From assembly GCA_943704425.1 (NCBI GenBank), contig CALSCP010002497.1:20622-84621 (forward strand): DNA of 64,000 bases. Direction: 5' to 3'. Source of the DNA: Ministeria vibrans ATCC 50519 (lineage: Eukaryota > Protista > Filasterea). Position numbers and translations under genes: made by a program. Positions 14,301-31,129 of this stretch are shown here, piece after piece. The first letter of the stretch is position 1. Every line of letters begins with the position of its first letter. Below the pieces are notes generated by a model. The model did not search any database and was not told the DNA's origin. It saw nothing but the letters and a program-made list of their open reading frames with translations.

Positions 14301-17300
14301 CCGCTTTCGTCGTCGCTGTCGTCACGCCCGTCATCAGGTCGAGGTCCTCCGGCGCCCGTGTTCACCGTCACGCCCCCAACCGCGGCTGGCAAGTCGGCGG
14401 ACACCGATGCAAAGGTTGAAATGGAGGCAGGCGAGCGCACGTTGTCTCGTTCGACGAGCTTTCAGGGTTCCGACTGTGGTGGGGATGGTGAACGGGGTGC
14501 GGGCGAAGAGTTGGAGGAGGATGAGGAGGTGACTGCGCTGTCGAGCATGAGTGATTGGAGCCTGAAGTTGAGCGTGAGTGTGCGACTGATGCCAATCAAG
14601 TTTGTGGTGAGCTGTGGTGCGACGAGCAAGACGGCGTGCACGATTGCCTTGCCCATGGTTCTTGTGATGGGAACGTCATCACCGGCACTGCTTGATGCCA
14701 ACACGGGTGCTCGCATGAGCAACAGCAAGCAAACGGTGACGTGCCTGCTCAGCGGCTTCTCCGTTGCCCTGCAGCACCCTTATGCGAATGGCCCGGCGCT
14801 GCGTGTTGTCATGCACAGTATTACGATGAACATGACACGCACCAAGTTGCCAACGGGACGACTGGTCTTTTCGGTGCTGGGCGATGCGGAGGACATTGTG
14901 TTGGCAGGCAATGTGCAGCAGATGGATGAGATGGTTGAGTTTCGCCGTGTCTGGCTTGAGAGCCATCTGCTGAAGAAGATGTTTGCGGTGGACGAGACTA
15001 GTAATGCAAACACTGACGGGGTGGTTGGCGCGACCTCTGCGGAATCTGTGCCGTTAGGGCAACGACCTCGGTCGCGGTCGCACCTCACGCTGTATAAGTT
15101 AGATGGTGGCGTGAGCACCGACGATGAAGACGAAAAGAGGAGGAAGAAGAAGGTACAGAAGGAGGACGGAGGAGAAGCGGGAGAGAGAGTGAATGAATGG
15201 GAGGAGGAGGTAGAGAAGGGAGAAGAAGTGAAGGAGGGAGAGGACGAGGAGGGGGAGGAGGAGAAAAAGAAGAAGAAGAAGGAAAAGGAAAAGGATGTAG
15301 ACGAGGACGACGGTCGACCTGTCTTGCTGATTATGGTGCGCCTTCGTGAGTTGCGCGTGGAGACTAATCTTGGCCCTCAGCTGGGCACGTCGACTATTGT
15401 GCGATTGCGGCAGATTGTGGGACAGGGACAACACTTGTTGACTGGCGATCGAGCAGTGGCGCTCAACTTTGGCATTGGGGACATTGCGCTGGGGAGTGAT
15501 GGTACACAGCTGAGTGGCGAGGTGACCATTGAGACGGTGCGCCTGACCATGTTCCATCGCCACGCTGTGCCCGACGCGGCATTTGAACTGCAGACGGTGA
15601 GGGGTTCTCCTGTGTCTGTTGCTGGCGTCAATGCGTCGACGTCGACGGACAAGAAGACATCAGCGGACAATGCCACGGATCATCGACGCACTGCTTCGGA
15701 TAGTGGCACTGCTACTACCGTTGATGCTGCGGAGGCACGAGATGGCGAGTCGACTGGAACTCCTCCGCCGACGGCACCACGGGGCAGCGTGACCAAGGCA
15801 CGCGAGCGCTGGTGTCTAAACCGCTACAATGCAATGGTGAGCAAGGTCAATGTGCGCTTGGCACACAACCGCGTTCCCATGCTCGTGGTGGCGCTGGACA
15901 ATGTGACCTGTGGATTTTGGGACTCGTGGCCCATTGTGCCACTCCATGTGCCGCCACCGTTGCGTGCGTGTGTGGTGACGGGCGAGGCGGGTCTTGGCCA
16001 GGCGTCGGTGATTGTGAGTCGCGAGACAGCGCCTGCCGGCATGGCGGTACTGTTCCGCGTGCGCGAGCAGATTTCTGAAGTGAAGCGCAAGCTTGTGACG
16101 ATGAAACCAGCATTTAAGGTGCGCGGTGCGGGCACTGGCGGTGGCGGAGCTGGTGCGTCGCTGGGGAGGCACACTACGAGTCGTGTCGGCGACGAGCCAT
16201 CTTTGACGACTCACTCACATGGTGGTGGGGGAGCACTGCTGCAAGTGCCTGGTGGTGCAGCGGGGACAACGGCGGCTGGGACCATCACGAGTTCGGGCGA
16301 CACTTTGGAGGAGCTTAAGCAGCTCAAGTACCAGCCGGTCCTGTCGGTGGGGGTGCCGGCAAAGTCTGTTCAGGGAACGGTGCGTGTGCGCTGCGGCACC
16401 ATCACCGTGGCGTGTTTCAACCAGTGCTTCAACGACGTTTCGTGGCTGCTCGTTCACATAACAGGCTGGCATGTGCGCTACCACCGTGTGCCGCTGATCG
16501 CACAGGCGACGGGTGTGCGTCAGCGTGTGCGTATCACGCTGGGTGACATCAACGGCGAGAACCCCACAGCTCACGAGGCGGCGACCGTGTCACAGATTCA
16601 GGTTAGCGATGAGAGAGAAAAGACGTCTTTATTTTTAGAAGAATGTATCTTAATTCTGTCTTTGTGTCTGTATGTCTGACTTTGTGTGTGTGTGTTTCTC
16701 TGTAGATTGCGAAGAACGCCACGCGAGCAGACGCGAGTGTGGACGAGTGGCTTGAGTTGATTAACGCACGGGCGGCGTCCAAGTCGACCGTGTTTTCGAT
16801 TCCGGGGCTGGTGATGCGCGTTGAGTCATACTCGCCGTCGCTCGCAGCCGTTGTCTATGTGAACCTTGTTTCGGAGTTTAGTGGCCCGCTTGGTGTGACG
16901 GTCGCCGTGGACTTGTATGCGTTTCTGCGGGCGACAGCGGATGCGTATGTAGACGAGGTGAAGGCGCGACACAAGAAGGCCCAGAGTCTGTGGCAGTCTG
17001 GCACGCACAAGGTCAAAGGTATCAATCTGTTCCGCAATCTCAAGTCGCTGCAACGATCGGCATCAACGAGTGCGGACGAGGCGGACGCGAAGGCAGCGGC
17101 AAACAAGAAGAAGAGGGAGGAAGATGATGAAGAGGCAGTCGCAGCGGCGGTAGCGCGCGCCGAGCGCGTTTTCCACACCAAGCAGTTTGTCTTTGCACCC
17201 GACATTCGATTGACGGCATACCAAGCAGGTGCGTCTTGACCATTTTTTTTTAATAATAATGATAATAATTAATCTAATTATGTTTTTGTTTAGGAACGAT

Positions 17301-17454
17301 TTTGCGACCGGACATTAGTTGGGTGATGCAGCGCCTGAAGATTGGCGATGCACGCGCGAGTCTTCCGCGTGTGGTCCATCTCGGTTCGATTGATGTCTTT
17401 GAGAAGGTCATCTGTTTGTTGGGCAAGGTTTCCTTGTATGAGAAGCCCGTGTAA
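1..17454 (+). CDS. BLTP1: Bridge-like lipid transfer protein 1 (KIAA1109/Tweek/Csf1 family), 5' end outside the window; exons <1-8179, 8441-16601, 16706-17228, 17294-17454 (~5,670 aa in window)
   Basis: Two ~2,700-aa ORFs join in frame across a GT-AG intron (8180-8440), and two more GT-AG introns keep the frame. N-terminal motifs (YGPHENRLR..F.P, PLQWNGSRVWVF, FLQTLMRDW...FVPIRY) and the C-terminus (FAPDIRL...PDISWVMQRLKIGDARASLPRVVHLGSIDVFEKVI) resemble KIAA1109/Csf1. Confidence 0.88.
8213..8426. repeat. (ATT)n microsatellite with ATG variants, filling the BLTP1 intron
   Basis: Visible triplet run inside intron 8180-8440. Confidence 0.97.
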
Positions 17455-17982
17455 AATGTAGTATTAGTGTGTTTGTTTACATAGAGTATTCATTTTGGGG
17501 TATATTATGATGATGAGTGTTATTATAATTATGTTATTATAATGATGCAAGTGTGCCCGTATCCCTAAAGTTTGTTTGTTTCTTATGCTCTCCTGTTAAT
17601 TTGTATTAGCCGTCTGTGAGATTGAGAGTAAGTTGATATTATTTGACCTTGATCCAGTTAGAGTAGTGGAAGTAATGTTCTTTTCTCTGAGTCTCTTTAA
17701 CCAAGGAAACAACTTCAAAAAAATGTCACAAGTTTGAGTCTTGAATGAACACTGAAAATGAAATAAAAGTCTCGTCAAGAAGTCTACGACTCTGCAGTCT
17801 ACGGCGGAAGTAATAAGTATCAAGTTACTCAAGTATTGTGTTGCTCTTTGTTTTGATAATGTCTTGTTTTGTTTGACATTGAAGTACATCTCTCAATTAT
17901 TTGTTTATGAGTAAACTTCATTTATTCCTATTTCTTATTTAAAATAATTTTTTTTTGTCTCTCTCTCTCTCTTTGGGCTAGT

Positions 17983-20855
<2,873 letters not shown>

Positions 20856-20986
20856 ACCCGTCCCTTCAGTGAACAGCAATAGAAAAAAAAACAAAAAAAC
20901 AAAAAAAACAGAAAAATACTTTCGGTTCTTTATTTTAAATTGTACTCAAAAAGAAAAAAAAAAGAGAAGGAGAAGCAAGAAGGTAT

Positions 20987-22185
20987 TTAAATGAGCTTCT
21001 TGGAGGCAAAGAAACGCTTAAGGTAGTAGACCTGCCAGAAGGCAAGGGCGAGAAGACAGCCCATGCTGAAAGCAGTGAAGTAGAAGACGCGCTCCGTCGT
21101 CGACTTGTTCGTGTCTCGCATCTGCTCTTCGCGCTTTTGCATGTACAGGAAACTTGCTACAATTGACGTGGAAAAGTCTGTACCAAAACAAGACAGAGTA
21201 AGAAATGCGCGTTGGGTCTTGCCATTTATATGCTGCGGAGTCACCTTCAAGACGCTTCAGTTCCATTTCGAGAGGTTGCAGCTTCTCGACGACGGCCAGT
21301 TCGTTGTAGTCGCGTGCCTCGACACCTTCGTTGGTCACAAAGGTAATGGGCATCATCACCTGTTGGCTCTTGTCTGTTTGGAAGACAGAGTAGAGAGAGA
21401 GAAGGCACGACAAGTTGACACGATGATCACTCTGTTAAATTTCTGTCCAACCTGCCAACTCTTCGTATTCGGCGGTAAAGCACGCCTCGTACACATCAAA
21501 GTCGTCGGGAGTGTACGCAATCTTCCCTTCCTGTTGCCGTAAAGTCTTTTTGTACACCGTGTGGTGCTTCTGATCGGTGATCTGCAACGGAGTGAGTCAG
21601 ACGCAGACGCATGAACATGACGACGACGATACTGCGGCTGCTTACGTGGATGCGAATGATCACGCCAGTCTGCGGTTTGGTTTTGTAAGTGTGGACAACC
21701 AGGGCATTCGGGTGAACCTGAGAGAGAAGGAGAGACGCACAGAGGGAGAGATGTGATCAATGATAAAACGATTGCTTTGAGCGAGATTCTGCGCGGTTAA
21801 AGCTCGATTTTGTAGTGTCATGGTAGAGATTAGGAAAGCACACATGGGCGGCGGAGGTGAGAGGAAGACCAAACGTGGCAAAAGTGTCGTTGAGAAAAAA
21901 AAAAGCATAATATGCAGAAAAGACGGAAAGAGAAAGAAGATGACGACTGGCGGAGGGGAAGACGGTAAGAAGAGGGTACGCCTCATTCCGAGAGAGAAAG
22001 CGCGGGAGGGAGAAAGAGAACGGGGACGCGGAGAGAGACGAGACAAGCGAGAAAGAGATGTGATGGGCGATGTTTACCTCACGACGGAGACATCTTGTGC
22101 CGGGCACTTCAATCTGAAACGATACTTCTGACCCTAAGGCTTCGTGGAGAACAGCTAGCAACAGAACGAAGCAAATAAGTCGCAT
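20987..22185 (-). CDS. TMED10: p24 delta family cargo receptor (TMED10/Erv25-like), 5 exons
   Basis: Signal peptide [17 protein letters not shown]-domain Cys pair, [35 protein letters not shown] helix and C-terminal [16 protein letters not shown]. Confidence 0.92.
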
Positions 22186-22272
22186 AGCGAATGCAAATAA
22201 CAAAAATGTCTGATCTTTCTAATTTCTATTCATTTTGATCTTTCGCTCTCTTTTGTGCGATCGCGTATCGGT
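22186..22272. promoter_or_regulatory. Putative compact bidirectional promoter between TMED10 and XPC (87 bp between ATGs)
   Basis: Head-to-head start codons with an AT-rich spacer. No promoter motif was identified. Confidence 0.5.
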
Positions 22273-24757
22273 ATGCCCAAGAAGAGCGTGCATGCATCTG
22301 TGCAGCCGAATCCGGCTACCCCATCGCGCCCGCCGATGATCACATCTGTTGTTGACGAAGATAATTCGCTTGACGCATTCGACATTCCGCCCCCCTCTAC
22401 ACGCCGGACACCGCCAAGACGATCGCGTGCGGTACCGCCTCCTGCTGCAAGGAGTAAGGCCGTTGCGAAGCGGAAGCGGAAGGTTGTGGTTGAGTCTGAG
22501 GAAAGCGACAGTGAGAGCGAGATCGAGAGTGACGACAGTGACGAATGGAGTCCAACCGAAAAGCAACAGAGTAGCGCCAATGAGGATGAGGATGAGGAGG
22601 AGGAGGAGGAGGAGGAGGAGGATGAAGAGGAAGATGGCGTGTTGGATGTTGTTCCCGTGGCCAAGGTGCGACGGCGCAGTGGAGGCACGGAGAAGAAGAA
22701 AGCGGCGCCCACTCGCACCCGCAAACGCGCCAAAACCACACAACCCAAGACGACTACGACTACGGTCACGACGGCTACTACTACTACTACTACAACTGCT
22801 ACTACTACTAGTACTAAGACTGCGGCTCGTACGACGACGAAGGCGAAAGCGCCTGTGGAGGCGAGCGACGAAGACGAGAGCGACGAGGACATGGCTGGCT
22901 TTGAGACGGTCGATGAAGACGACGACACACGCGTTGAGGAGGCACCGCGCGCCGCATTGGAACTGGTTGTGGGCGGGGATGGAAGTGGGAAGATGGAATC
23001 GCAAGGGAGCCGTGAAGAGAAGCACCGGCAAATGTGGGAGACGTACTTTCGAAGGAAAATCAATCGGTTCGATCGGGAGCAACATCAACTGGTGCATCGC
23101 GTCGGCTTTGTGTGCCACCTCGCCTGGGCGTTGCGTCGTCAACAGCTTGCGTGCAGCGAGAACATTCGCGATGTGCTGGACGAGGCACTAGCAGCTCACA
23201 AGAGGGAACCACAGGCGCTGACCGCCAGCGATTTAAACAGCGTGACGGAGTGGCTTCGGGCGCGTGTGGTTGTCTCGCCCGACCCAGTCCCTGTGGTGGA
23301 GTACGACGAAATGGAAGCATTGTTGATGTCCGTGGCGATAGGTCTACACGAGAATGACAAGGGGGACAAGAAGAAGAATAAGAAGAAGAAGGAGCGTACG
23401 AGGGAGCGCATGAGCGTATCATGGGACATGATTGTAACACTCTACCTTGCGTGTCTGCGAGTCGTTGGGTTTCGCGCGCGTCTCGTGTACAGTATGCATC
23501 CGCCACCGTGGCGACAGGCCACCAAGTCCAAGTTGGAAGTGCGCATTGTGAAGCGAGAGTTGTACTTTCGCAATGTGCCCGCGTCGATCCGGTGTGGAAG
23601 AGTGCGAAAGGGGGACGTTGAGGAGAAGGGAGAGAAGGAGGGCGGGAGTGGCGAGGGCGACGATGATGATGATGAAGAGGAAGAAGATGGTGATGATGAA
23701 GAGGAGGAGGAGGAGGAGGAGGAGGAGGAAGCGGCAAAGAAGAGGAAGAGATCGAGGAAGAAGAAAGGGGAGGGAAAAAAGAAGAATGTATATAACGCGT
23801 GGGTTGAAGTCTGGCTCAGAGGTGAATGGTATGCGGTGCAGCCACTGCAAGAGCAGGAGAACGATGATGGAAGTAGCAGCAGCAGCAGCAGCAGCAGCAG
23901 TCGTCATGTTGATGAGGAACTAACGTGTGCACACAAGGACGTTACAGAGATGCTGATCAGCGCGCGGAAACCTGTTGTGTATGTCGTGGCGGTGGATGCG
24001 TCGGGACGTGTGAGCGACGAGACGCAGCGATACGCGACGCAGTGGAGCACAACACATCAGATGCGTGCAGAGGAGACGTGGGTAAAAGCGACGCTGCGGC
24101 CGTGGGAGGCGCGGGAGACGGAAGAGGAGAGGGTGGCACGGGTGGCGCGCGAGATGGATCCGGAACGCGACGCAGTGCGTCTCGCACAACTCAAGGAGGA
24201 CATCCTGACGGAGATTGCAGAGATGCGGGGACTTCTTGAGCTGGGAAGGGTGCAGCTGCCCAAGCGCGTGTCCGACTTCAAGAATCATCCGCAATTTGCA
24301 TTGCGACGGCACCTGCTCAAGTTTGAGTTTCTGTACCCGTGCGAGCAAGTGGAGTGGTACCAGGCGAACAAGAAGGCAGAGCGTGAAGCGGTCTTCTTGC
24401 GCCGCAGTGTTCAAAAGCTGCACACAGTTGAGCAATGGATCAAAGTAAGGGCGGGGAATGTATTATAGACATTGCGACTGGGCGCACATGACTCTCTCTC
24501 ACTCTTCTCTTCTCTTTCATACAGTTGGCGCGGAGCGTCAAAGAGGGAGAGGTTGCTTCGAACATGGTCAAGAGTCATCCCGACTTTAAGACCAAAGAGG
24601 TCAGGATGGTGCCCGTCTATGGAGAGTGGCAGACCGAGCCGTACCGTCGGCCCAGTGCCAAGGTAGAAACAAAAATGAGAGTTATAACAATAATATATAA
24701 TCATTATTATATTAATATGACGTCTTGGCTTTCTATTCTCTATGACGTATTTTCTTA

Positions 24758-24826
<69 letters not shown>

Positions 24827-25508
24827 GTTGTAATAATAATAACAATAATAATAATAGTAATAATAATAATAATAATAATAAAAATAATAACAATAATAAT
24901 AAAAATAATGATAATGATAATGATAATGATAATGCTAATGATAATGCTAAAAAATACTAATTATTATGTTTGTTTATTCTTGTGAGTAGAACGGGAAAGT
25001 GCCACGCAATGAACATGGAAATGTGGATTTGTTTATTGCGGAGCGGATGATGCCACTTGGTTGTGTATGTGTGAAGCTTCCGCATGTCAAGCGGGTTGCG
25101 GCCAAGCTCAAGATTGACATTGTCGAGGCGGTTGTTGGCTTTGACCTGAGCAGTACGTTAAAGTATTCTATTTGTGTGTGACTGTGACTCATAATTATTA
25201 TGTGCATTGTGTGTTGTGTGTCGTGTGTTGTGTTTGATGTTTATAATCATATTAATCATATGTGTGTAGAGGGACGAATGGTGCCGACTATTGGGGGAGT
25301 GGTGGTGTGTCAGGAGTTTGAGGAGACACTGCGTCTTGCGTGTGCAGAGGAAGCGGTGCTAGTGCAACAGCGCGCCGAAGCACGCCAAGCGAAGGCAAAG
25401 CGCGCCGCAAATTCCCTTGTAGAAAAGAAACGCAAGGCACAAGAGCAGCTCGATCGGCAGTTTGGCAAGGTTGCCAAATCGTCAAGCGACGACATTGAAC
25501 ATTTGTAA
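22273..25508 (+). CDS. XPC: DNA damage recognition protein XPC/Rad4, 4 exons
   Basis: Transglutaminase-like region ([35 protein letters not shown]) and BHD1-3 motifs [74 protein letters not shown]. Confidence 0.92.
24761..24950. repeat. (AAT)n microsatellite in an XPC intron
   Basis: Directly visible. Confidence 0.97.
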
Positions 25509-25594
25509 AGAAATTACTCCTCGTAATCAAGATTAAAAGATTTATAACAAAATAAACAAATCGAAAATCAAATCAATTTATAGTTTTAAAGACA

Positions 25595-27855
25595 ATGGCT
25601 CTCACCCTTCCTGAACCACCAAAGTCGTGGACGCCCAATGAGGCCCCCAAAATCACTGCATCCATTTCAGGTTTGACATTTTCCCTTCCACTTCCTCTCG
25701 TCGCTCTGTGCCCATGCACTACTCTCCTCCCTCTCCTCCTTGGTAGTAGCTCTCCTTTCTATCGGTTCAACAACCGGATGCAAGGGAGCGCAGTCGAGAA
25801 ACAGCTGAGAAATGTCGTACACGTGGAAACTCATCGTGCGCATGTTCGCTTCTCTCTCTCTCCTCTCTTTCTCTCTTTCTCTCTTTCTCTTGCTTCTCAG
25901 GCTTTCCCCAGACCGGCAGCATTGAGCCGGTGGGTCCGTTCTTCCAGGCGATCTCTCGTCGTGCGCGTCACAACCGAACAGAAAGTGAAGATGAGCGTGT
26001 GCAGAAGGCAGCAATTGCGAAGGCGCAGGAGAACAAGAGTGCAGCCGAGTCGACACCCAACGCTCATCTGTTTGACGTCGACGACAAGGCCATGGAGGAC
26101 TTCCTCCTGGACCAGGACCCCGCCGAGTGGCGCTCCAAGCCTATCGACATGTACAAGGTGATGGGCCTGTCGAAACTGCGATGGCGCGCCACCCTTGAGG
26201 ACATCAAGTTTGCCTACTCGAAGAAGGTACTACCACCGCACAACACAACACAACACAACCAATGATTAATCGTTTCTCTCCCAACTTGGTAGGTGCTGTT
26301 GTATCACCCGGACAAGCGTGGTGGTCCGTCGGGGGCGGATGAGGAGGACGACGATCTGTTCAAGGTGATCAAGAAGGCCTTTGAGATTCTGACGGACAAG
26401 AACTGGCGTTCTGCCTTCGACTCGATCGATCCATTCTACGACGATGCAGTGCCGGCGGTGAACGAGAAGAATAAGAAGAACTTTTACGCGGTGTTTGGAC
26501 CGGTGTTTGAGCGCAACGCTCACTTTTCGACGACCTACTCGGAGACGGCACCCTACAAGATTGGAACGGAGGAGAGCACGGAGGAGGAGGTGAACGCCAC
26601 GTACAACTGGTGGTACAGCTTTAACTCGTGGCGCGAGTACCAGTGGTTGGACGAGGAGGACAAGAAGCAAGAGAACCGCGACGAGCGCCGCTGGAACGAC
26701 AAGGAGAACAAGGCGGAGCGCAAGCGTCGCAAGGCCGCCGAGGTGGCGCGCATGCTTCAGCTTGTGGACAACGCCATGGCGTGTGACCCGCGCATTGCGC
26801 GCTTCCGTGCTGCCGAGGCACACCGCAAGGGTGCCAAGAAGCGTGAGAAGGAGGAGGCCGCGCGTCTTGCGAAGGAAGAGGCAGACCGTGTCAAGGAGGA
26901 GGCGCGCATCGCTGCCGAAACGGCGGCTGCACTTGCCAAGGAGACTGCGGCCGAGGCCAAGAAGAAGCGCGACTGGGAGAAGCAACAGCTGAAGAACCAG
27001 CGCAAGCGTCTGCGCAACACAGCCAAGGCGAACCAGTACTTCTTGTCGGCCGACGATGAGGCGGACCCGGCCCAGCTCGAGGCGGGCATCGCACGCATCG
27101 AACAGCTCTGCGAGAAGCTTGGCTACGAGGCGCTCGATGCCGTCTCAAGCTCACTCATTGACATGGTGGCGTCCGGTGCGACTCACGAGGCACTTGCGGC
27201 CGAGCTTGAGAGTGCCCTCACGTCGCTGGGCAAGGCGCAGCACGACGCTAAGATGGCAGCGGACGCGGCCAAGGCAAGCGCAGGCTCAGAGGCAGCGTCG
27301 TCGTCGAGCAAGACAACAGCAGAGGTGTCCGCCGCACCGTGGACGTACGAAGAGAAGCAGCTGCTGGTCAAGGCCGTCAAGGTGCACCCGGCAGGCACCA
27401 ATGACCGCTGGGCCGTCATTGTGCAGTACCTGCACGAGCACTTGCCGGGCCGACCGGCGGACGCCAAGGCGCGCAGCGAGAAGGACGCGCGTAACATGTA
27501 CAAGGAACTTCAGTCGATGGGTGATCTGTCCAAGGAGGAACGCGAAAAGGTCAACTCGGAGGCATTTGCGGCGTTTGAGCGCAAGAAGCACACGCGCGAC
27601 AACGCCGAGCCGGAATCGGCGCCGACGCAGCGCATCGAGGCTGACTCGTCAGTCGGCGAGCTGCAGACGCCGTGGAGTGCCGACGAGCAGAAGGTCCTTG
27701 AGGCCGCCATCCGCACCGTTGACAGCAGCGCACCCGACCGCTGGGCCCTCATTGCCGCAAAGGTCCCGGGGCGCTCGGCCGACGCCTGCCAGCACCGCTT
27801 CAAGGAGCTTGCTGCGGCCGTCAAGGCCAAGAAGGCTGCAGATGCTAAAAAGTAA
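25595..27855 (+). CDS. DNAJC2: DnaJC2/MPP11 (zuotin with C-terminal SANT domains); exons 25595-25670, 25901-26226, 26293-27855
   Basis: IEPVGPFF, J-domain HPDK, zuotin domain (FGPVFERNAHFS, SWREY, ENRDERRW, DNAMACDPRI) and two SANT repeats (PWTYEEKQLL..AVK.HP.GT.DRW; PWSADEQKVLE.A...DRWALIAAKVPGRS). Confidence 0.95.
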
Positions 27856-28006
27856 ACGAGGCTTTCACTGTTTTTGATGATCGAAAACGACATATTCTTT
27901 TAAGCATACTAGGAAGAACAGTAACTATTGTTGTTTTATTAACAGTCGTAATATGAATTATTATCGTGAAAAATTAAAAAAAGGGATTTTCGCAATTACG
28001 AAGGTG

Positions 28007-29339
28007 TCAGGCGGACGTTTCAACAGACTCGATGATCTGGTGGACAAGGTCGTTTTGGAGGGGGCTAAACATGGACCAGAGGTCACCTTGGAGAGCACGG
28101 AGGGCCATGACGTCGGAGCGGGAGCAGGCAAGAACCATAGATTGGAGAAGAAGAAAGAGGTCGTCCTGGAGGAAGGTGTGTGGGGTGGGGAAGGTGATCA
28201 TGGCAGTCTGGACGGGCGCGGCGGTGGAGATGGGCCGCGGGGAGCGGTGGTGCCGCGAGAGGGCCCGCGCCGAGACGGCATCCGCGTCGTCGTCCATATC
28301 GTCCATGTCGTCCATGCGGGGCATATATGACTTGATGATACTGATCGACTCGGTGGCGTACGTTGCTGCTGGCTGGAGCAGCAGCAGCAAAAGCAGACGC
28401 GACACTTCGGCCGAGCAGAGGTGCTCCAGTGCCGCCCCACGTTCACAGCCAGGTTCATCGGCTGCACTTGCGCGTCCGCAGTCCACCAGCTGTTGATGGC
28501 GCTGTTGTTGCTGCGCAATGAGCAGTGCCAAAATATGATTGAGAGTCTCCAGAGCGCCGTCGTAGTCGCGAAGTGCAATGCGACACTCGACGACGCGTTG
28601 CAAGGCACTCAGCGCCGACGCTTTTTCACTGGTGGTGGCCGACGATGAAGCAATGGTTGTCGCGGACGACGGCAGTGACGATGATGGCGCAGTAGCCGTG
28701 GCAGTCGCTGAAGTGGTGGTGGTGGCCGACGCGGAAGCTGCTTGTGCTGCAGCCGCCGCCAAAGGATCTGTAGAAGTCTCTGTGTCGACTGCCACGCCTA
28801 CCCGTCTGGTGAGTAATCTTGCAGCACGCTCGTAGTAGAGAAGCGCCTCGCTGGCGTGTCCCAGTATCAGCAGTCCGTCAGCGAGCTCGGTGCACAGCAT
28901 GGCGGCGAACTGGGCTCGCGAGAGTGCCTCGTAGCGTTCGATGGCGAGCAAATAACAGTGTATCGCTTCAACCATGTACTCTTCAAAGCCCGTATAGTCT
29001 GTGTCGTTGGCGTCCAGTTCCGTCTTGAGAAACATTTGCGCTACAATTCAAAGGCGATTCACACAAGAGTCAGCAACTCCATCACACACACACACACACA
29101 CAATTAATACCTGCTTCCCAGGTACGCTCTGCTTCGGTGGTGGCATTTCCAGCGGATTGGGCACAGCGGGCGACGGCCAGCGAGCAGAACGCAGCGTATT
29201 GGTGGTTTCCTTCGCGCCGCAACGACGCCACAAGATCGCCATACAAATCGCGAGCGTCCGTCACATTGACTTTCCGAAAGAAGCGTTTCTTCAGCTTGGC
29301 ACCAATGGCTCGGTACGAAGTCCAAAACTCGGCCGACAT
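28007..29339 (-). CDS. F8A1: 40-kDa huntingtin-associated protein (HAP40/F8A); exons 29339-29111, 29040-28007
   Basis: N-terminus YRAIGAKLKKRFFRKVNVTDA...YAAFCSLAVARC...EAAQMFL matches the HAP40 pattern. C-terminal half has [19 protein letters not shown] and DLFLLLQSMVLAC. Confidence 0.88.
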
Positions 29340-29576
29340 GACAAAATAATTGATAATTTGATAGTGGAGCAAAGTAAGTAATTGACAAATAATTACGACG
29401 AGTAATTATTAATAAATTTATTGTTAATTATAAAATTATTTTTTGAAGTTTTCTTTTTCTTTTCTTTTTCTTTACTATCACTCTGTTTGTTTGGACTCTC
29501 CTTATCTCTTTCTCTCATACACGCACACACACGCACATACACATGCGTCGTGTGAGTCATCCGCTCTCGTGACTGT

Positions 29577-30821
<1,245 letters not shown>

Positions 30822-31129
30822 ATCGCCACTGTTCCGTTGAGATTTAGGGGAAAATAATTATTTGAATTTGAGTTTTCAGTGTTTGTTAGAAAAAATTCAT
30901 AATAATATTAAAAAAATCGCAAAACAAACTCGGAAACTGATTGTACAGTATTACAACATCCAACGTCTTGAGCGCGCCAGCGCGGTAAACACTGTGATTT
31001 AACTCATTTACTATACAAACCACAAGATATAATTGAGGTGCACTGTAGAGATTTGTAACACTCGAATTGGCTTCAAATGTGAATTGTGATCTCAAATTTC
31101 AAAGGTCAAAACACATACAACTTTTCCTC

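Noticed and set aside
135-16574. Numerous antisense or alternate-frame ORFs overlapping the long exons
   Set aside because: Expected shadow ORFs of GC-rich coding DNA, with no domains or splice support.
17596-17889. 97-aa minus-strand ORF
   Set aside because: AT-rich codons unlike the real genes and no recognisable motif.
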